A stretch of DNA of 64,000 nucleotides from Spirochaetia bacterium (GTDB lineage Bacteria > Spirochaetota > Spirochaetia > SZUA-6 > Bin103). Within the stretch, counting starts at the first letter, position 1; each line of letters begins with the position of its first letter. Below are positions 42,861-54,854 of this stretch, in pieces. A program made the position numbers and the translations under genes. The notes beneath the pieces were generated by a model. That model had not been told where the DNA came from and ran no database searches. It worked only from the letters and a program-made list of their open reading frames with translations. Location of the stretch: positions 160,001 to 224,000 of the forward strand of contig CBDAOI010000004.1 in the NCBI GenBank assembly GCA_965198005.1. The letters run 5' to 3'.

Positions 42861-43925
42861 TCACTCTGCGGGCGGTGGATGAGATCCTCGCTGCGGTTCC
42901 GGAACGAACCGTTCCCGAGTGGGACCGTTTGCCGGACACGCGTTCCTGAGCCGAGCAACGAGGTCGCCACACGCCGGCTGCGCGGGCGAGGTCAGCCGTC
43001 CTGGTCGCGGAATCGCCGGAGCGCGGCAAGGAATTCCGCCCCATCCGCGCAGCCAAGCGCCGCCGCCAGCAGCGCCTCCTCGGACGCCGCGGCGAACGCT
43101 TCCGTAGCGGTGGAGAACCTCGCCGACACTGCAATGCCGCGTGATTGCAGAATCTGACGGACCATCTGCGCACGACCTTCCGCACGGCCCTGCTCGAATC
43201 CCTGGCGCCGCTGCGAACGGAGCAGCGGATCGTCGTCCGGGCCGGTGCCTGCGCGCGCGCGCGGACGGCGCCGGCTCGTTCAGCGCCAGGTGAATCTCGT
43301 CCGCCCGCCAGCCGGGAAACGCCCGGCTCTCGGCCGCCACCCGGAACCGACCATGCTCCAGCAGATGAATCGTCAGTCCCGGGCGGCGCCCGCGTGCCCG
43401 CCTCGGCGACAGCGTGTCCGGCACCTCCACCCACACTTCCGGAAAGCCCCAGTCCTCGTACAGCGCCAGCTTGCCCCGCCGCGCGTCCGTGGTGTGATCC
43501 ACCTCCAGCACCACGTCGGGGAAGTCGTCCTCGCCCACCACCATGGCCGCCGGCCCTGGCTTGGCCCGCGCCGGATGCAGGTACACCGACTCGTCCGCCT
43601 GCATGATGCGCCGCGGCTCGCCGCCGGCGTCGCGCAGCAGCAGGTCCATCGAGCCGTAGCATTCGGTCGGTGAACCGCGCACCGTGGCGATCAACTCCGC
43701 CAATCTCGTGAACAGCCGCGACGGGCGCTCGTGATAGGGAGTGGTGGGCTCGCAGATCCAGGCGGTCTCGGTGGCCGCATCCCAATACTCGAGGCGCCCC
43801 TCGAAGCGGTCGATCTCGGTGCGCGGCAGGCGGACGGGCTTGCAGCCCGGGAATGCCGGCGGCTGGGCGTGCCGGGGTTGCGCTACTTCGTACCGCCTGG
43901 TTGGCGGTGCTTTGGTGCCGGCCAT
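42861..43925 (-). CDS. Uma2-family (PD-(D/E)xK) endonuclease, C-terminus probably frameshifted
   Basis: YHE..MQADESVY..PDVVLEVDHT..KLALYEDWGFPEVWV. Confidence 0.75.
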   Translation of the reverse strand: MAGTKAPPTRRYEVAQPRHAQPPAFPGCKPVRLPRTEIDRFEGRLEYWDAATETAWICEPTTPYHERPSRLFTRLAELIATVRGSPTECYGSMDLLLRDAGGEPRRIMQADESVYLHPARAKPGPAAMVVGEDDFPDVVLEVDHTTDARRGKLALYEDWGFPEVWVEVPDTLSPRRARGRRPGLTIHLLEHGRFRVAAESRAFPGWRADEIHLALNEPAPSARARRHRPGRRSAAPFAAAPGIRAGPCGRSCADGPSDSAITRHCSVGEVLHRYGSVRRGVRGGAAGGGAWLRGWGGIPCRAPAIPRPGRLTSPAQPACGDLVARLRNACPANGPTRERFVPEPQRGSHPPPAE

Positions 43926-44494
43926 GGCGGCAGCGTAGGCCAGCTCGCGCGGGCCTGCAGGGCCGGCGGGCCGGACCCGCCGGCCCTTCGAAAGCGAAGC
44001 GATCGAGACCGAGGCAGTTGCCGGCAGTGCCGTGGCGGACTCTGGCGTGACCGGGCGGGCTTGGTGGTGCAGCCGCCAGCGGCGCCAGGGCCGCCGGAAA
44101 AAAGTGAAGAAAGTGCAATTGAGCGCTTGATCGCTTTGGCGCGGGTGTGCGATGGTGTCGGGGTTGGGGACTCGAACGGATTACGGATGATGCCTGACTA
44201 CGCAATGCAGCCCTGCCACCGGCCAGACCCGTTCACGCCGCCGACCGGCGTCGACCTGCGTCTGACCGGTACGCATACAGGAGGTGCCCGTGAAGCTGTA
44301 ATCCACCGCGGGACGCGATCAACGCAGTTGCGCCTGACCGCCCCCCGGGGTCAGTTCGAGGTTGTCGCCCTCGTTGGAACCGCCTGCACCGCACACTACA
44401 CAGAGCGGCAGACAGGCAACGAGAGCAGGCGAGGGGCCGGCACGAATATCAGCACATGCTCTCGAACGAGAATCGAGAATCGGAGGTTCTTCTC

Positions 44495-46270
44495 ATGAAC
44501 TACGTTTCCAAAATCGGTTTACTGACACTGGCGCTCGCGCTGGTGGCTACCGTTACGTTTGCCGCCGCCGAGGGCGAGGAGGCTGCCGCGGCCGAGAAGG
44601 AGATGGTGCTCGATCCATCCACCGGCGAGATGGTGGAGGCGCCGCGGTATGGCGGGACCCTCAGCTACGCCCGACCCGGAGCCGCTGAGCATTGCGATGT
44701 CTGGTCGATCAGTGGCTTTGCAACCTTTTACATCGGCCCGGTAGTCGAGAAACTCGTCATCGGCGACTGGGCGATTGGCAGGAGCGAGCATAACTGGCGC
44801 AGCTATAACGTGCCGTTCTCGGTCATGCGAGGACAGTTGGCGGAGAGTTGGGAAACGCCGGACGACACCACGATCATCGTCAAGGTCCGCCCGGGCGTTT
44901 ACTGGCACGACAAGCCACCGATGAACGGTCGGGAGCTGACCGCCAGCGATATCGAGTTCAACTATCATCGCCTCTTGGGGCTCGGCAGCGGCTTCAGCGA
45001 ACCCACGCCGTTCAGTTGGACGCTCCCTGCCGTCACATCCGTGACGGCCACCGACAAATCGACGGTAGTCTTCAAGCTGACGAGGCCGGACCTCTTTGGG
45101 GTGCGCAAGGCATTCGACACGTGGGATACGTGGATCTACCCTCCGGAGGTCATCCAGCAACACGGCGACATAAAGGATTGCAGGAATCTGGTGGGTACCG
45201 GGCCCATGGAGCTGACGGACCTCGTGGAAGGCAGCTCCATGACGTGGACCCGGGTTCCCGACTACTGGGGGTTCGACGAGAAGTTCCCGGACAACCGCCT
45301 GCCCTACGTCGACGAGCTGAACGCCCTGATCATGCCGGATGCGGCGGCGCGGATCGCGGCCCTGCGCTCGGGTCAACTCGATATGTTGGCGACTTTCGGC
45401 GACTCTCAAATGAGGTCACTCGACCAGGTGGAGAGCCTGCGCCGGACCGATCCCGACATCAGGATGTGGGAGATCGCGTTTCGGTCCGACAACGCATTCT
45501 CGTTCGTAAACCAGCAGAATCCACCTTTCGATGACATCCGGGTGCGCCGCGCCATGCAGATGGCTCTGGACCCGGAGACGATTGCGAACACCTACTTCAA
45601 GGGTATGGCCGATCCGACGCCGCAGGGAATGATCCACAGCGACAATGTCGGGACTGGCACGCCGTTCGACGAGTGGCCGGAGGAGGTCAAGCAGTACTAC
45701 CGCTACGATCCGGAACGGGCCAAGCAGCTTCTGGCCGAGGCGGGCTATCCCGATGGCTTCAAGACCCGTCTGGACTATGGGAATCGCTTCGATGCGAACT
45801 ACGCAGAGCTCGTCATTGGCTACTGGGGTGAGATTGGCGTCGACGTCGAGCTGTCCGTTAAACCCGGGCCGGAGATGGTAGCCATCCAGCGGGGGCATAC
45901 CACGGACGGAATGATGCACTTTTCCAGCGCTGCCACCTATGCCGATGCCGGCACGCTTAAGGCGGTTTTCACCTCCGGCTCCACCAGCAACTTTGGCAAC
46001 ATCAACGACCCGGATTTCGACGCTCTGATCGAACGCGCGGAGGCAGCCGCGACGCTGGAGGAGCGGAATCGGCTCACCAAAGAGGCGAATCTGTACGCCA
46101 TAGCCCAGCACTGGGAAGCCGTGGGTCCGACCAGCCCACAGTTCAACGTCGCCCAGCCGTGGGTCAAAGGCTATAACGGGGAGATATCGCTCGGCATGCA
46201 GGGCCAGTTCTTGACGCTGACGGCCCGCGTCTGGATCGATCAGGATCTGAAGCGGGATCTCGGATTCTGA
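44495..46270 (+). CDS. ABC substrate-binding protein, family 5 (D)
   Basis: Signal peptide, PRYGG, LAESWE, GTGPM, WIDQDLK; RBS ggagg. Confidence 0.92.
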   Translation: MNYVSKIGLLTLALALVATVTFAAAEGEEAAAAEKEMVLDPSTGEMVEAPRYGGTLSYARPGAAEHCDVWSISGFATFYIGPVVEKLVIGDWAIGRSEHNWRSYNVPFSVMRGQLAESWETPDDTTIIVKVRPGVYWHDKPPMNGRELTASDIEFNYHRLLGLGSGFSEPTPFSWTLPAVTSVTATDKSTVVFKLTRPDLFGVRKAFDTWDTWIYPPEVIQQHGDIKDCRNLVGTGPMELTDLVEGSSMTWTRVPDYWGFDEKFPDNRLPYVDELNALIMPDAAARIAALRSGQLDMLATFGDSQMRSLDQVESLRRTDPDIRMWEIAFRSDNAFSFVNQQNPPFDDIRVRRAMQMALDPETIANTYFKGMADPTPQGMIHSDNVGTGTPFDEWPEEVKQYYRYDPERAKQLLAEAGYPDGFKTRLDYGNRFDANYAELVIGYWGEIGVDVELSVKPGPEMVAIQRGHTTDGMMHFSSAATYADAGTLKAVFTSGSTSNFGNINDPDFDALIERAEAAATLEERNRLTKEANLYAIAQHWEAVGPTSPQFNVAQPWVKGYNGEISLGMQGQFLTLTARVWIDQDLKRDLGF

Positions 46271-46382
46271 GCGAATTGCGACTCCACGAGCCGCGAGCCC
46301 GCCTGAGGGCGGGCTCCGCTGCCACATGACAGAGTGGGACGGCGGCGTGTGCTGCCGTCCCACTTTCGAGACCCCCTGCAAA

Positions 46383-47348
46383 ATGCGAACGTACATCATC
46401 CGCCGCGTCCTGCTGCTGATCCCGACGTTCCTCCTGTTGACGGTTCTGGTGTTTCTCTCGGTGCGCTTTCTTCCCGGCGACGTCATTGACGCCATGATGG
46501 ACCGGCTGGCGAGGAGCGAAGGCGGGATGGCGCACTTCGACCGCGAGAGGGTCGAGCGCATTCTCGGGCTGGATGTGCCAGCGCACGTGCAATACGTGCG
46601 CTGGCTGGGCGGCATCTTCCTGCACGGCACCCTGGGTGAGTCACTCCTCGGCGGAGTTGCAGTCGAAGAAAAGATCATCGGCCGGCTGCCGATCACCGTC
46701 GAGTTGGGTGTGCTGTCCATCCTCATCGGGTTGGTCATCGCCGTGCCGGTGGGCATCTACTCTGCGGTGCGGCAGGACACGGCAGGCGACTACGCCGGCC
46801 GCTCCATCGCCATCATCGGCCTGGCGACGCCCAATTTCTGGCTCGCCACCATGGTGCTGACCTTTCCCGCGATCTGGTGGGCGTGGGCGCCGCCGCTGCG
46901 TATGGTGGCGTTTGTCGATGATCCGATCCGGAACCTCAGCCACATGCTTATTCCCAGCCTCATTCTGGGCACCTACCTGTCGGCGACCGTGATGCGCATG
47001 ACGCGCACCATGATGCTGGAGGTGCTGCGCCAGGACTTCATCCGCACCGCCTGGGCGAAGGGACTGAAGGAGCGGGTGATCATCCTCCGGCACGTCATCA
47101 AGAATGCGCTGATCCCGGTGGTGACCCTGATCGGCCTGCAGCTCCCGATCCTGGTCGGCGGCTCGGTGATCATGGAGAACATGTTCGCGCTGCCGGGGCT
47201 GGGCCGTCTGATGCTCGACGCGCTCTCGGCGCGCGACTACCCGGTGGTGTCGGGCATCAACCTGTTCTTCGCGACCGCGGTGATGACGATCAACCTGATG
47301 ATCGACATTCTCTACGGCTACTTGGACCCGCGGGTGCAGTACCGGTAG
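46383..47348 (+). CDS. ABC permease, OppB/DppB-like
   Basis: Intact. Confidence 0.92.
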   Translation: MRTYIIRRVLLLIPTFLLLTVLVFLSVRFLPGDVIDAMMDRLARSEGGMAHFDRERVERILGLDVPAHVQYVRWLGGIFLHGTLGESLLGGVAVEEKIIGRLPITVELGVLSILIGLVIAVPVGIYSAVRQDTAGDYAGRSIAIIGLATPNFWLATMVLTFPAIWWAWAPPLRMVAFVDDPIRNLSHMLIPSLILGTYLSATVMRMTRTMMLEVLRQDFIRTAWAKGLKERVIILRHVIKNALIPVVTLIGLQLPILVGGSVIMENMFALPGLGRLMLDALSARDYPVVSGINLFFATAVMTINLMIDILYGYLDPRVQYR

Positions 47349-47359
47349 GAGTCGGGCGC

Positions 47360-47830
47360 GTGCGACAGACTCCTGGCGGAGGGTGGGGATGGGCCGCGAG
47401 CGCGGTGGTGGTCCTGCTGCTGGCGGTCGACCGGTTGGGCGACCCGTCGGCTACCTACCTGCTGGGCACCGACCAGCTCGGCCGCGACGTGCTGAGCCGG
47501 CTGATACACGGTGCCCGCACCTCGCTCGGCGTGGGCTTTGCCGCCACCCTGTTGAGCACCGTGGTGGCGCTGCTGGTCGGCGGCGTGGCCGGCTTCGTCG
47601 GCGGCAAGCTGTATATTCTCTGGTGCAGCGATTCGTCGACGCCTGGATGTCCTTCCCCGGTCTGTTGCTGCTGCTGACGATCATAACCATCGTCGGCCAG
47701 GGCATCCCGCAGATCATCGTCGTGCTCGGCGTCACTTCCGGCATCGGCAACTCGCGGGTCATTCGTAGCGCCGTGATCGGCATCAAGGAGCCGAGGCCAG
47801 CCTGAGCTTCCTGGGCTTCGGCCTGCACTC
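47360..47830 (+). pseudogene. OppC-like remnant
   Basis: LLGTDQLGRDVLSR.. frameshift.. VQRFVDAWMSFP.. deletions. Confidence 0.8.
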
Positions 47831-47921
47831 CCGCTGCACGCCGTAAATGCACACCGGAAAGGGGTGGCAGGTTCCATGACCCGCCACCCCGTGCGTGCGT
47901 TCGTAACGAGTTCCGCCTGCG

Positions 47922-48110
47922 TCAGAATCCCATTTCCGCCTTCAGGTCCAGGTCGAGCCAGAGCCGGACGAGTAGTGCGCGTCGAACTCGCGCGCGATCC
48001 GGATCCGCTCGTCCTCGCTCGTGACGTTGTTGAACTCGTCGTAGAGCCGCGTCATGGTCTCGTCGCCAAGCCCGCCCAGATACTCGACCTCCTGTCTGAG
48101 CCCCTGGGCG
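47922..48110 (-). pseudogene. SBP C-terminal remnant
   Basis: RLYDEF..EDERIRIAREFD / RLWLDLDLKAEMGF*. Confidence 0.7.
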
Positions 48111-48145
48111 GTCCTGGGCGGTTCCGGGCGGTGCAACGGCCTCGG

Positions 48146-49516
48146 TCAGCTTCGCGCCGCGGGCGGCGGGTGCGCGTTCCACGGGGGCAGATGGAGGGAG
48201 AAGGTGCTGCCGCGCTTGACGGTGCTGGTGATCTCCACCGTGCCGCCGTGCGCCTGGGCGATGTGCTTGACGATCGCCAGGCCGAGACCGGTGCCGCCGG
48301 TCGCATCCGGCGCCGGGTCGTTGCGAGCGCGCTCGACCCGGTAGAAGCGTTCGAAGATGCGCGGCAGGTGCTCCTCCGGAATGCCGATCCCGGCGTCGGC
48401 CACCTCCACCACCACCTCCCGGCGGTCGCGGCGGGCGCTCACGGTGACGGCCGACTCGCGGTGGCTGTGCTTGATCGCGTTGTCGATCAGGTTGCCGAGC
48501 GCCTGCACCAGGAGCTGCTCGTTCGCCCGGCAGGTAAGGGCGGGGTCGCAGGCGGTGCGCAGCCGCACGCGGTGGAGCGCGGCGGCCGGTTGACATGACT
48601 GCACGGCCGCGGCGATGACCGGCGCCAGGGCGGCCTCCACGAACGAGATCTCGCGCCGCTCCTCGCCGAGCTCCAGAGCGGACAGACTCAACAGATCCTC
48701 GATGATCGCCCCCAGCCGGGTGGCCTCCTGCTGGATGATGCGCAGGAACCGTTCTGCTTCGGGGCCGGCGTACGTCTTCCGGTCGAGCAGGGTCTCCACG
48801 AATCCGCTGATCGAGGTGATCGGCGTGCGCAGCTCGTGGGAGACGTTGGCCACGAAGTCGCGCCGCATGTGCTCCAGGCGGCGCAGGCGGGTGACGTCGC
48901 GCAGCACCACCAGCACGCCGGTGGCCGCGTCGGGCGCGCTGAACGGCTGGCTCTGCGCCTGCAGCCAGCGCATGCCGCCGGCGGCCACGTGCAGGTCGGC
49001 TTCGGCGCCGGCGCCCTCGCGCAGCGCCGCCTGCACCATGGTGTCCAACCCGTACTGCGACAGCGCGGCGAGCACGCGCGGACGGGCGGCGATCCCGGAC
49101 GCCGAGGCCACCCCCAGCATGGTCGCGCCGGCCAGGTTGATGTCGCGCAGGCGGCCGTTGCGACGGAACACCAGCACGCCCTGGGGCAGATCGCCGATCA
49201 CCGTGCTCAGCCGGCGGTAGCGGCGCTCCAGCCGCCGGTGGCGCTTGGCGGCGGCCGCGACCACCTGCTCCAGCGCCAGTCCGGCGCCCGGCTCGTGCCC
49301 CGCGGCCGGCGCGAGCAACGCCACCCCGCGCGCGGCGGGCGCAACGTACAGCCGGCGCACCAGCAGGTAGACCGCCGCCGCGGCCGCCAGCGGCGGCACC
49401 GCCACCAGCGCCGCGAACGCCGGGCCGCCCAACCCTCCGGCGACCGCCAGCGCACCGGCCGCCACCCCCACGGCGGCCAGCGCCGCCAGCGCTCCGGCAA
49501 CCGCGGCGGCACGCAT
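48146..49516 (-). CDS. phoR: PAS sensor histidine kinase, PhoR-like
   Basis: RRDFVANVSHELRTP, NLIDNAIK, GGTGLGLAIVKH. Confidence 0.8.
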   Translation of the reverse strand: MRAAAVAGALAALAAVGVAAGALAVAGGLGGPAFAALVAVPPLAAAAAVYLLVRRLYVAPAARGVALLAPAAGHEPGAGLALEQVVAAAAKRHRRLERRYRRLSTVIGDLPQGVLVFRRNGRLRDINLAGATMLGVASASGIAARPRVLAALSQYGLDTMVQAALREGAGAEADLHVAAGGMRWLQAQSQPFSAPDAATGVLVVLRDVTRLRRLEHMRRDFVANVSHELRTPITSISGFVETLLDRKTYAGPEAERFLRIIQQEATRLGAIIEDLLSLSALELGEERREISFVEAALAPVIAAAVQSCQPAAALHRVRLRTACDPALTCRANEQLLVQALGNLIDNAIKHSHRESAVTVSARRDRREVVVEVADAGIGIPEEHLPRIFERFYRVERARNDPAPDATGGTGLGLAIVKHIAQAHGGTVEITSTVKRGSTFSLHLPPWNAHPPPAARS

Positions 49517-49518
49517 CG

Positions 49519-50229
49519 CTAAGTGTCCTGAAACCGGTAGCCCACGCCGCGCACGGTCTCGATCAGCGCCCCGCCGCGGCCGAGCTTCTTGCGCAGCCCG
49601 GCGATCACCACGTCGATCGAGCGGTCGGTCACCGGGTAGTCGGGGCCGTGCACCGCCGACACCAGTTGATTGCGGGTGAACACCCAGCCCGGATGCTGGG
49701 CGAGAAAGTTGAGCATCGCGAACTCGGTGGCGGTGAGATACAGACTCCGGTCGCCGATACGCACCTCGCGTTTGCCGGGATGAATGCTCAGGTCGCCGAT
49801 CGCCAGCGGCGCCCGTTCGTCCCGCACCTCGGCCCCGTGGCGGCGCAGCACCGCCTTGACGCGGGCAATCAGCACGCGGATGCTGAACGGCTTGGTGACG
49901 TAGTCCTCGGCCCCCCGTTCCAGACCGGTAACGATATCCGCCTCCTCGCCCTTGGCAGTGATCATGATGATCGGGACGCCGCGGGTGAGCACGTTCGACT
50001 TGAGGATCCGGCACAGCGCCAGTCCGTCGATCCCGGGCAGCATGAGGTCCAGCAGGATCAGCGACACGGTGGTCCGGTTCACGATGCGCAGCGCTTCCTC
50101 GCTGGCCCGCGCGGCCAGCGTCGCGTACCCCTCGCGGCCGAGGTTGAAGCGAATCAGCTCCAGGATGTTGTCGTCATCCTCCACCACCAGAATCCGATTG
50201 CCCGGGTCCGCGGCGGCGCGACTACTCAT
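49519..50229 (-). CDS. phoB: OmpR/PhoB-family response regulator
   Basis: ILVVEDD, LLDLMLP, KPFS, ETVRGVGY. Confidence 0.8.
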   Translation of the reverse strand: MSSRAAADPGNRILVVEDDDNILELIRFNLGREGYATLAARASEEALRIVNRTTVSLILLDLMLPGIDGLALCRILKSNVLTRGVPIIMITAKGEEADIVTGLERGAEDYVTKPFSIRVLIARVKAVLRRHGAEVRDERAPLAIGDLSIHPGKREVRIGDRSLYLTATEFAMLNFLAQHPGWVFTRNQLVSAVHGPDYPVTDRSIDVVIAGLRKKLGRGGALIETVRGVGYRFQDT

Positions 50230-51535
50230 TTGGGGCGGCGCCGGCGATCGGTGCGCGCTTCGCCGCCAGGCGCGCTCCCTTCCACTCCGGCCGGACGCCG
50301 ATGATCGCGAGCGCGGTGACGTACGCGTAGAACCCCATGAAGAACAGCGTATAGGGGATGACGCGCGCCAGCGCGCGCAGGCGGCGGCGGGAGTGCAGCA
50401 GGGCTGCGGTGGCGGCCAGCGAGCCGATGCTGAGCAGCGAGGTGAGCGGCAGCACCGCCAGCCACGGCACCAGCAGCGCCCACGGCGCCGCGGCCACGCT
50501 CGTGATCAGGAACAGCGTGATGTAGCGGTAGCTCCACCCCGTGGCCGGGTCGTGGCTGAAGAAGGCGCCGCCGTTCCAGCGCACGTGCTGGTTGACGAAG
50601 CGGCCCCAGCTCTCCTGCGGCTCGGTGGTGATGCGGGTCTCGGCGAGCGTGGACCCGACGACCCGCCAGCCGCGCCGGCGCGCGGCTTCGATCAGCGCCG
50701 CATCCTCGGTCAGGGTGTAGCCCAGCGCCCGGAATCCCCCGATCTGGTCCAGCACGGTCGCGCGCAGCGCCAGGTTGTTGCCGAAGCAGCCGGTGGCCAC
50801 GCCGAGGCCGGCGGTGCCGGTGGAGTACTGGTGCACCAGCGGCTGATCGAACGCCTGATAGCGGTCGCGAAACTGCGGCCGGCCCGGCGCCCTGCTGCGC
50901 ACCGCCAGTTGCCCGAAGAAGACGCCGGTGCGGGCGGAATCGAAGTAGGCGGCGATCCGCTCCACCCAGGTCGGCGGGACGGTGCAGTCCGCATCGGTAA
51001 AGATCAGCAGCTCGCCGGAGGCGGCCGCCACGCCGAGGTCCAGCGCCTGCTGCTTGCCGTTGCACCCCTCCGGCGGCTGCCGGTTGCGCACGACCCGTAC
51101 CCGGTAGGGCGCCTCCGCCCGATGCGCCGCCATGATCGCCGCGGTGGCGTCGGTGGAGCGGTCATCCACCAGCACCAGCTCGAACCCGGTCCAGGTCTGG
51201 GCCGCCAGGGAGGCCAGCAGCCGCGGCAGCGCCTGCTCCTCGTTCATTGCCGCCACCACCACCGACACCGCCAGCCCGTACGCGGGGGCGGTCCCGGCGC
51301 CGGCAGCGGCCGCGGTGGAGGTGCCGGCGCCAGCGGCCGCGGTGGAACTGCCGTCGGCAATGGCAGTGCCGGCGGCAGCAGCGCGGGTGGTTCCGCGCGC
51401 GCGCCCGTGCGCCCGCCCGTGCGCCCGGTCCCGGACGCGGGCGGCCACTACGCCCACGACCAGCGCCCAGTGAATCAGCAGAATGGTGGCGCACACCGTT
51501 ACCGCGATCCACTGCAGTGCGCTGGCCGGGATCAT
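50222..51535 (-). CDS. Membrane glycosyltransferase family 2
   Basis: VDDRSTD, FTDAD, TED, QHVRW. Confidence 0.85.
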   Translation of the reverse strand: MIPASALQWIAVTVCATILLIHWALVVGVVAARVRDRAHGRAHGRARGTTRAAAAGTAIADGSSTAAAGAGTSTAAAAGAGTAPAYGLAVSVVVAAMNEEQALPRLLASLAAQTWTGFELVLVDDRSTDATAAIMAAHRAEAPYRVRVVRNRQPPEGCNGKQQALDLGVAAASGELLIFTDADCTVPPTWVERIAAYFDSARTGVFFGQLAVRSRAPGRPQFRDRYQAFDQPLVHQYSTGTAGLGVATGCFGNNLALRATVLDQIGGFRALGYTLTEDAALIEAARRRGWRVVGSTLAETRITTEPQESWGRFVNQHVRWNGGAFFSHDPATGWSYRYITLFLITSVAAAPWALLVPWLAVLPLTSLLSIGSLAATAALLHSRRRLRALARVIPYTLFFMGFYAYVTALAIIGVRPEWKGARLAAKRAPIAGAAPNE

Positions 51536-53406
51536 GGCAGCGCCCGCTCCAGCACGCGGTTGAGGCGCCGCGCGAACGCCACCGGGTCGTCGAGTTGCGC
51601 CCCCTCGATCAGCAGCGCCTGCTCCAGCAACAGGCGGCCGGCGTCTTCCAGCAGCCCGTCGTCGGCCTGGTCCGCCGCCAGCGCTTCGAGCCTGGTGACG
51701 ATGGCGTGGTCGGGATTGATCTCCAGCACCGGCTGAAACCGATCCGCCTCCTGGCCCAGTGCCCGCAACACGTGCTGCATCGACACCGTGGGATCGTTCT
51801 CGTCCGCCACGATGCAGCTCGGCGAATCGCTCAGGCGCGCGCTCGCCTTCACGTCTTTCACCCGGTCGCCGAGCACTTGCTTGATCCGCTTGAGCAGCGG
51901 TTCGACCTGCTTGGCGCGCTGCTTGGAAAGGTCGGTCTCGAGGTCGTCGGCGGTGTCGCTGCGGTTGACCGACTTCAGCTCATGCTCCTGGTACTTGCCG
52001 ATGGTGGGGATCACGAACGCGTCGATCTCGTCGTCCATCAGCAGCACTTCGAGGTTCTGCTTGCGGTACACCTCAAGCAGCGGCGACTGGCGCAGGTTGG
52101 CGCCGCGCTCGCCGGTGAGGTAGTAGATCGCCTTCTGCTCCGGCTGCATCCGCCCTACGTAGTCCTTGAGGCTGGTGAGGTCGTCGTCGTGGGTCGTGCC
52201 GAAGCGCACCAGCTCCAGCAGCGTGTCGCGGTTGGCGAAGTCCTGGTACAGCCCCTCCTTGAGCGGCCGCCCGAACTCGGTCACGAACGTGGTGTAGAGC
52301 TCGGGATTGTTGGTCAGGTCCTGGAACTCGCCGAGCAGCTTCTTGACCGAGGCGTTGCGGATGCTGGTCAGCAGCCGGTTCTGCTGCAGCAACTCGCGGC
52401 TCACGTTGAGCGGCAGATCCTCGGAGTCGATCACGCCGCGCACGAAGCGCAGCCAGGTGGGCAGCAGCTCCTTGTCGTCGTCGGTGATGAACACCCGCTT
52501 CACGTACAGCTTCACGCCGGGCCGGTAGTCGGCGTAGTACAGGTCGGGCGGCGCCTTCTTCGGCACGAAGAACAGTGTGGTGTACTCCTGGGTGCCCTCG
52601 GCGTGGGTGTGGACGTAGTGCAGCGGGTCTTCGTCGTCGTGCGTGAGGGCGCGGTAGAACTCGAAGTAGTCGCTGTCGTTCAGTTCCGACTTGGGCCGTT
52701 TCCAGAGCGCCGAGGCGGCGTTGATCTGCTCGCTGCGCCGCTCGGTCTGCTGGTCCCTGGTCTCCGTGTAGTGGAGGTGGATCGGGTAGGGGATGTGGTT
52801 GGAGTACTTCTTGACCAGGGAGTCGATCCGCCAGCGCGAGGCGAACTCGGCGCCCGCTTCGTTGAGCTGCAGGGTGACGGTGGTGCCGGCGCCGGTGTAT
52901 TCGGCAGGAGCGATCTCGAAGGAACCGCGGCCGTCGCTCACCCAGCGGTGGGCCTGAGTCTCGCCGGCGCGCAGGCTGAGCACCTCGACCCGGTCGGCCA
53001 CCATGAAGCTGGAGTAGAACCCCACCCCGAACTGGCCGATCAGGTTGCTGTCGCCAGGGGCGCCGGCCTTGGCTTCCTGCTGCATGGCGTCGAGGAACCG
53101 CTGGGTGCCGGAGTGGGCGATGGTGCCGAGGTTGTCGCGCAGCTCGTCGGCGCTCATGCCGATGCCGCTGTCGGCCACCGTCAGCGTGTTCGGCTTGCTC
53201 TCGCTGTCGAAGGAGATGTCGACGCGCGGCGTGAACGGCACGCCCTTGAAGTCGGCGTCGGTGAGCGTCAGGTAGCGCAGCTTGTCCAGCGCGTCGGAGG
53301 CGTTGGAGACCAGCTCGCGCAGGAAGATCTCCTGGTGCGAGTACAGCGAGTGGATGATGAGGTCCAGCAATTGGCTGACCTCGGTCTTGAAACGGTGCTT
53401 TGCCAT
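51532..53406 (-). CDS. htpG: Chaperone HtpG (Hsp90)
   Basis: [26 protein letters not shown]. Confidence 0.97.
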
Positions 53407-53472
53407 CGCTTGCTTGCGGTCCGTCCTTTGCTCAGTGTAACGGTCGGCCCGGCCCGGCCGGGCGCGCGGCGG

Positions 53473-54564
<1,092 letters not shown>

Positions 54565-54749
54565 GACGCGCCTTCAGAGTAACGACGCGGCGGCCCGCCG
54601 GTCAAACAGTCCGCGCCCGCCGCGCCCGCCGTGTCCGCCAGCCATGCGAGTTCTCAATTGACACGGGGTGCGATCATCGGGGAGCATGGTACTTGCCATA
54701 AATGTGGGAACAATGCAGTTTGAGGATCTCACTGCGGGATTGACACCCG

Positions 54750-54853
54750 ACGCCAAACAACTACCGGTGCGTATCAATGGATACCGCACGGTCTACGTGC
54801 GGTTCGTGGGGACCCACGCCGAGTATGACTCGGTAAACGTGGAGGAGGTGTGA
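54750..54853 (+). pseudogene. HigB toxin C-terminal remnant
   Basis: VYVRFVGTHAEYDSVNVEEV*. Confidence 0.75.
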
Positions 54854-54854
54854 G

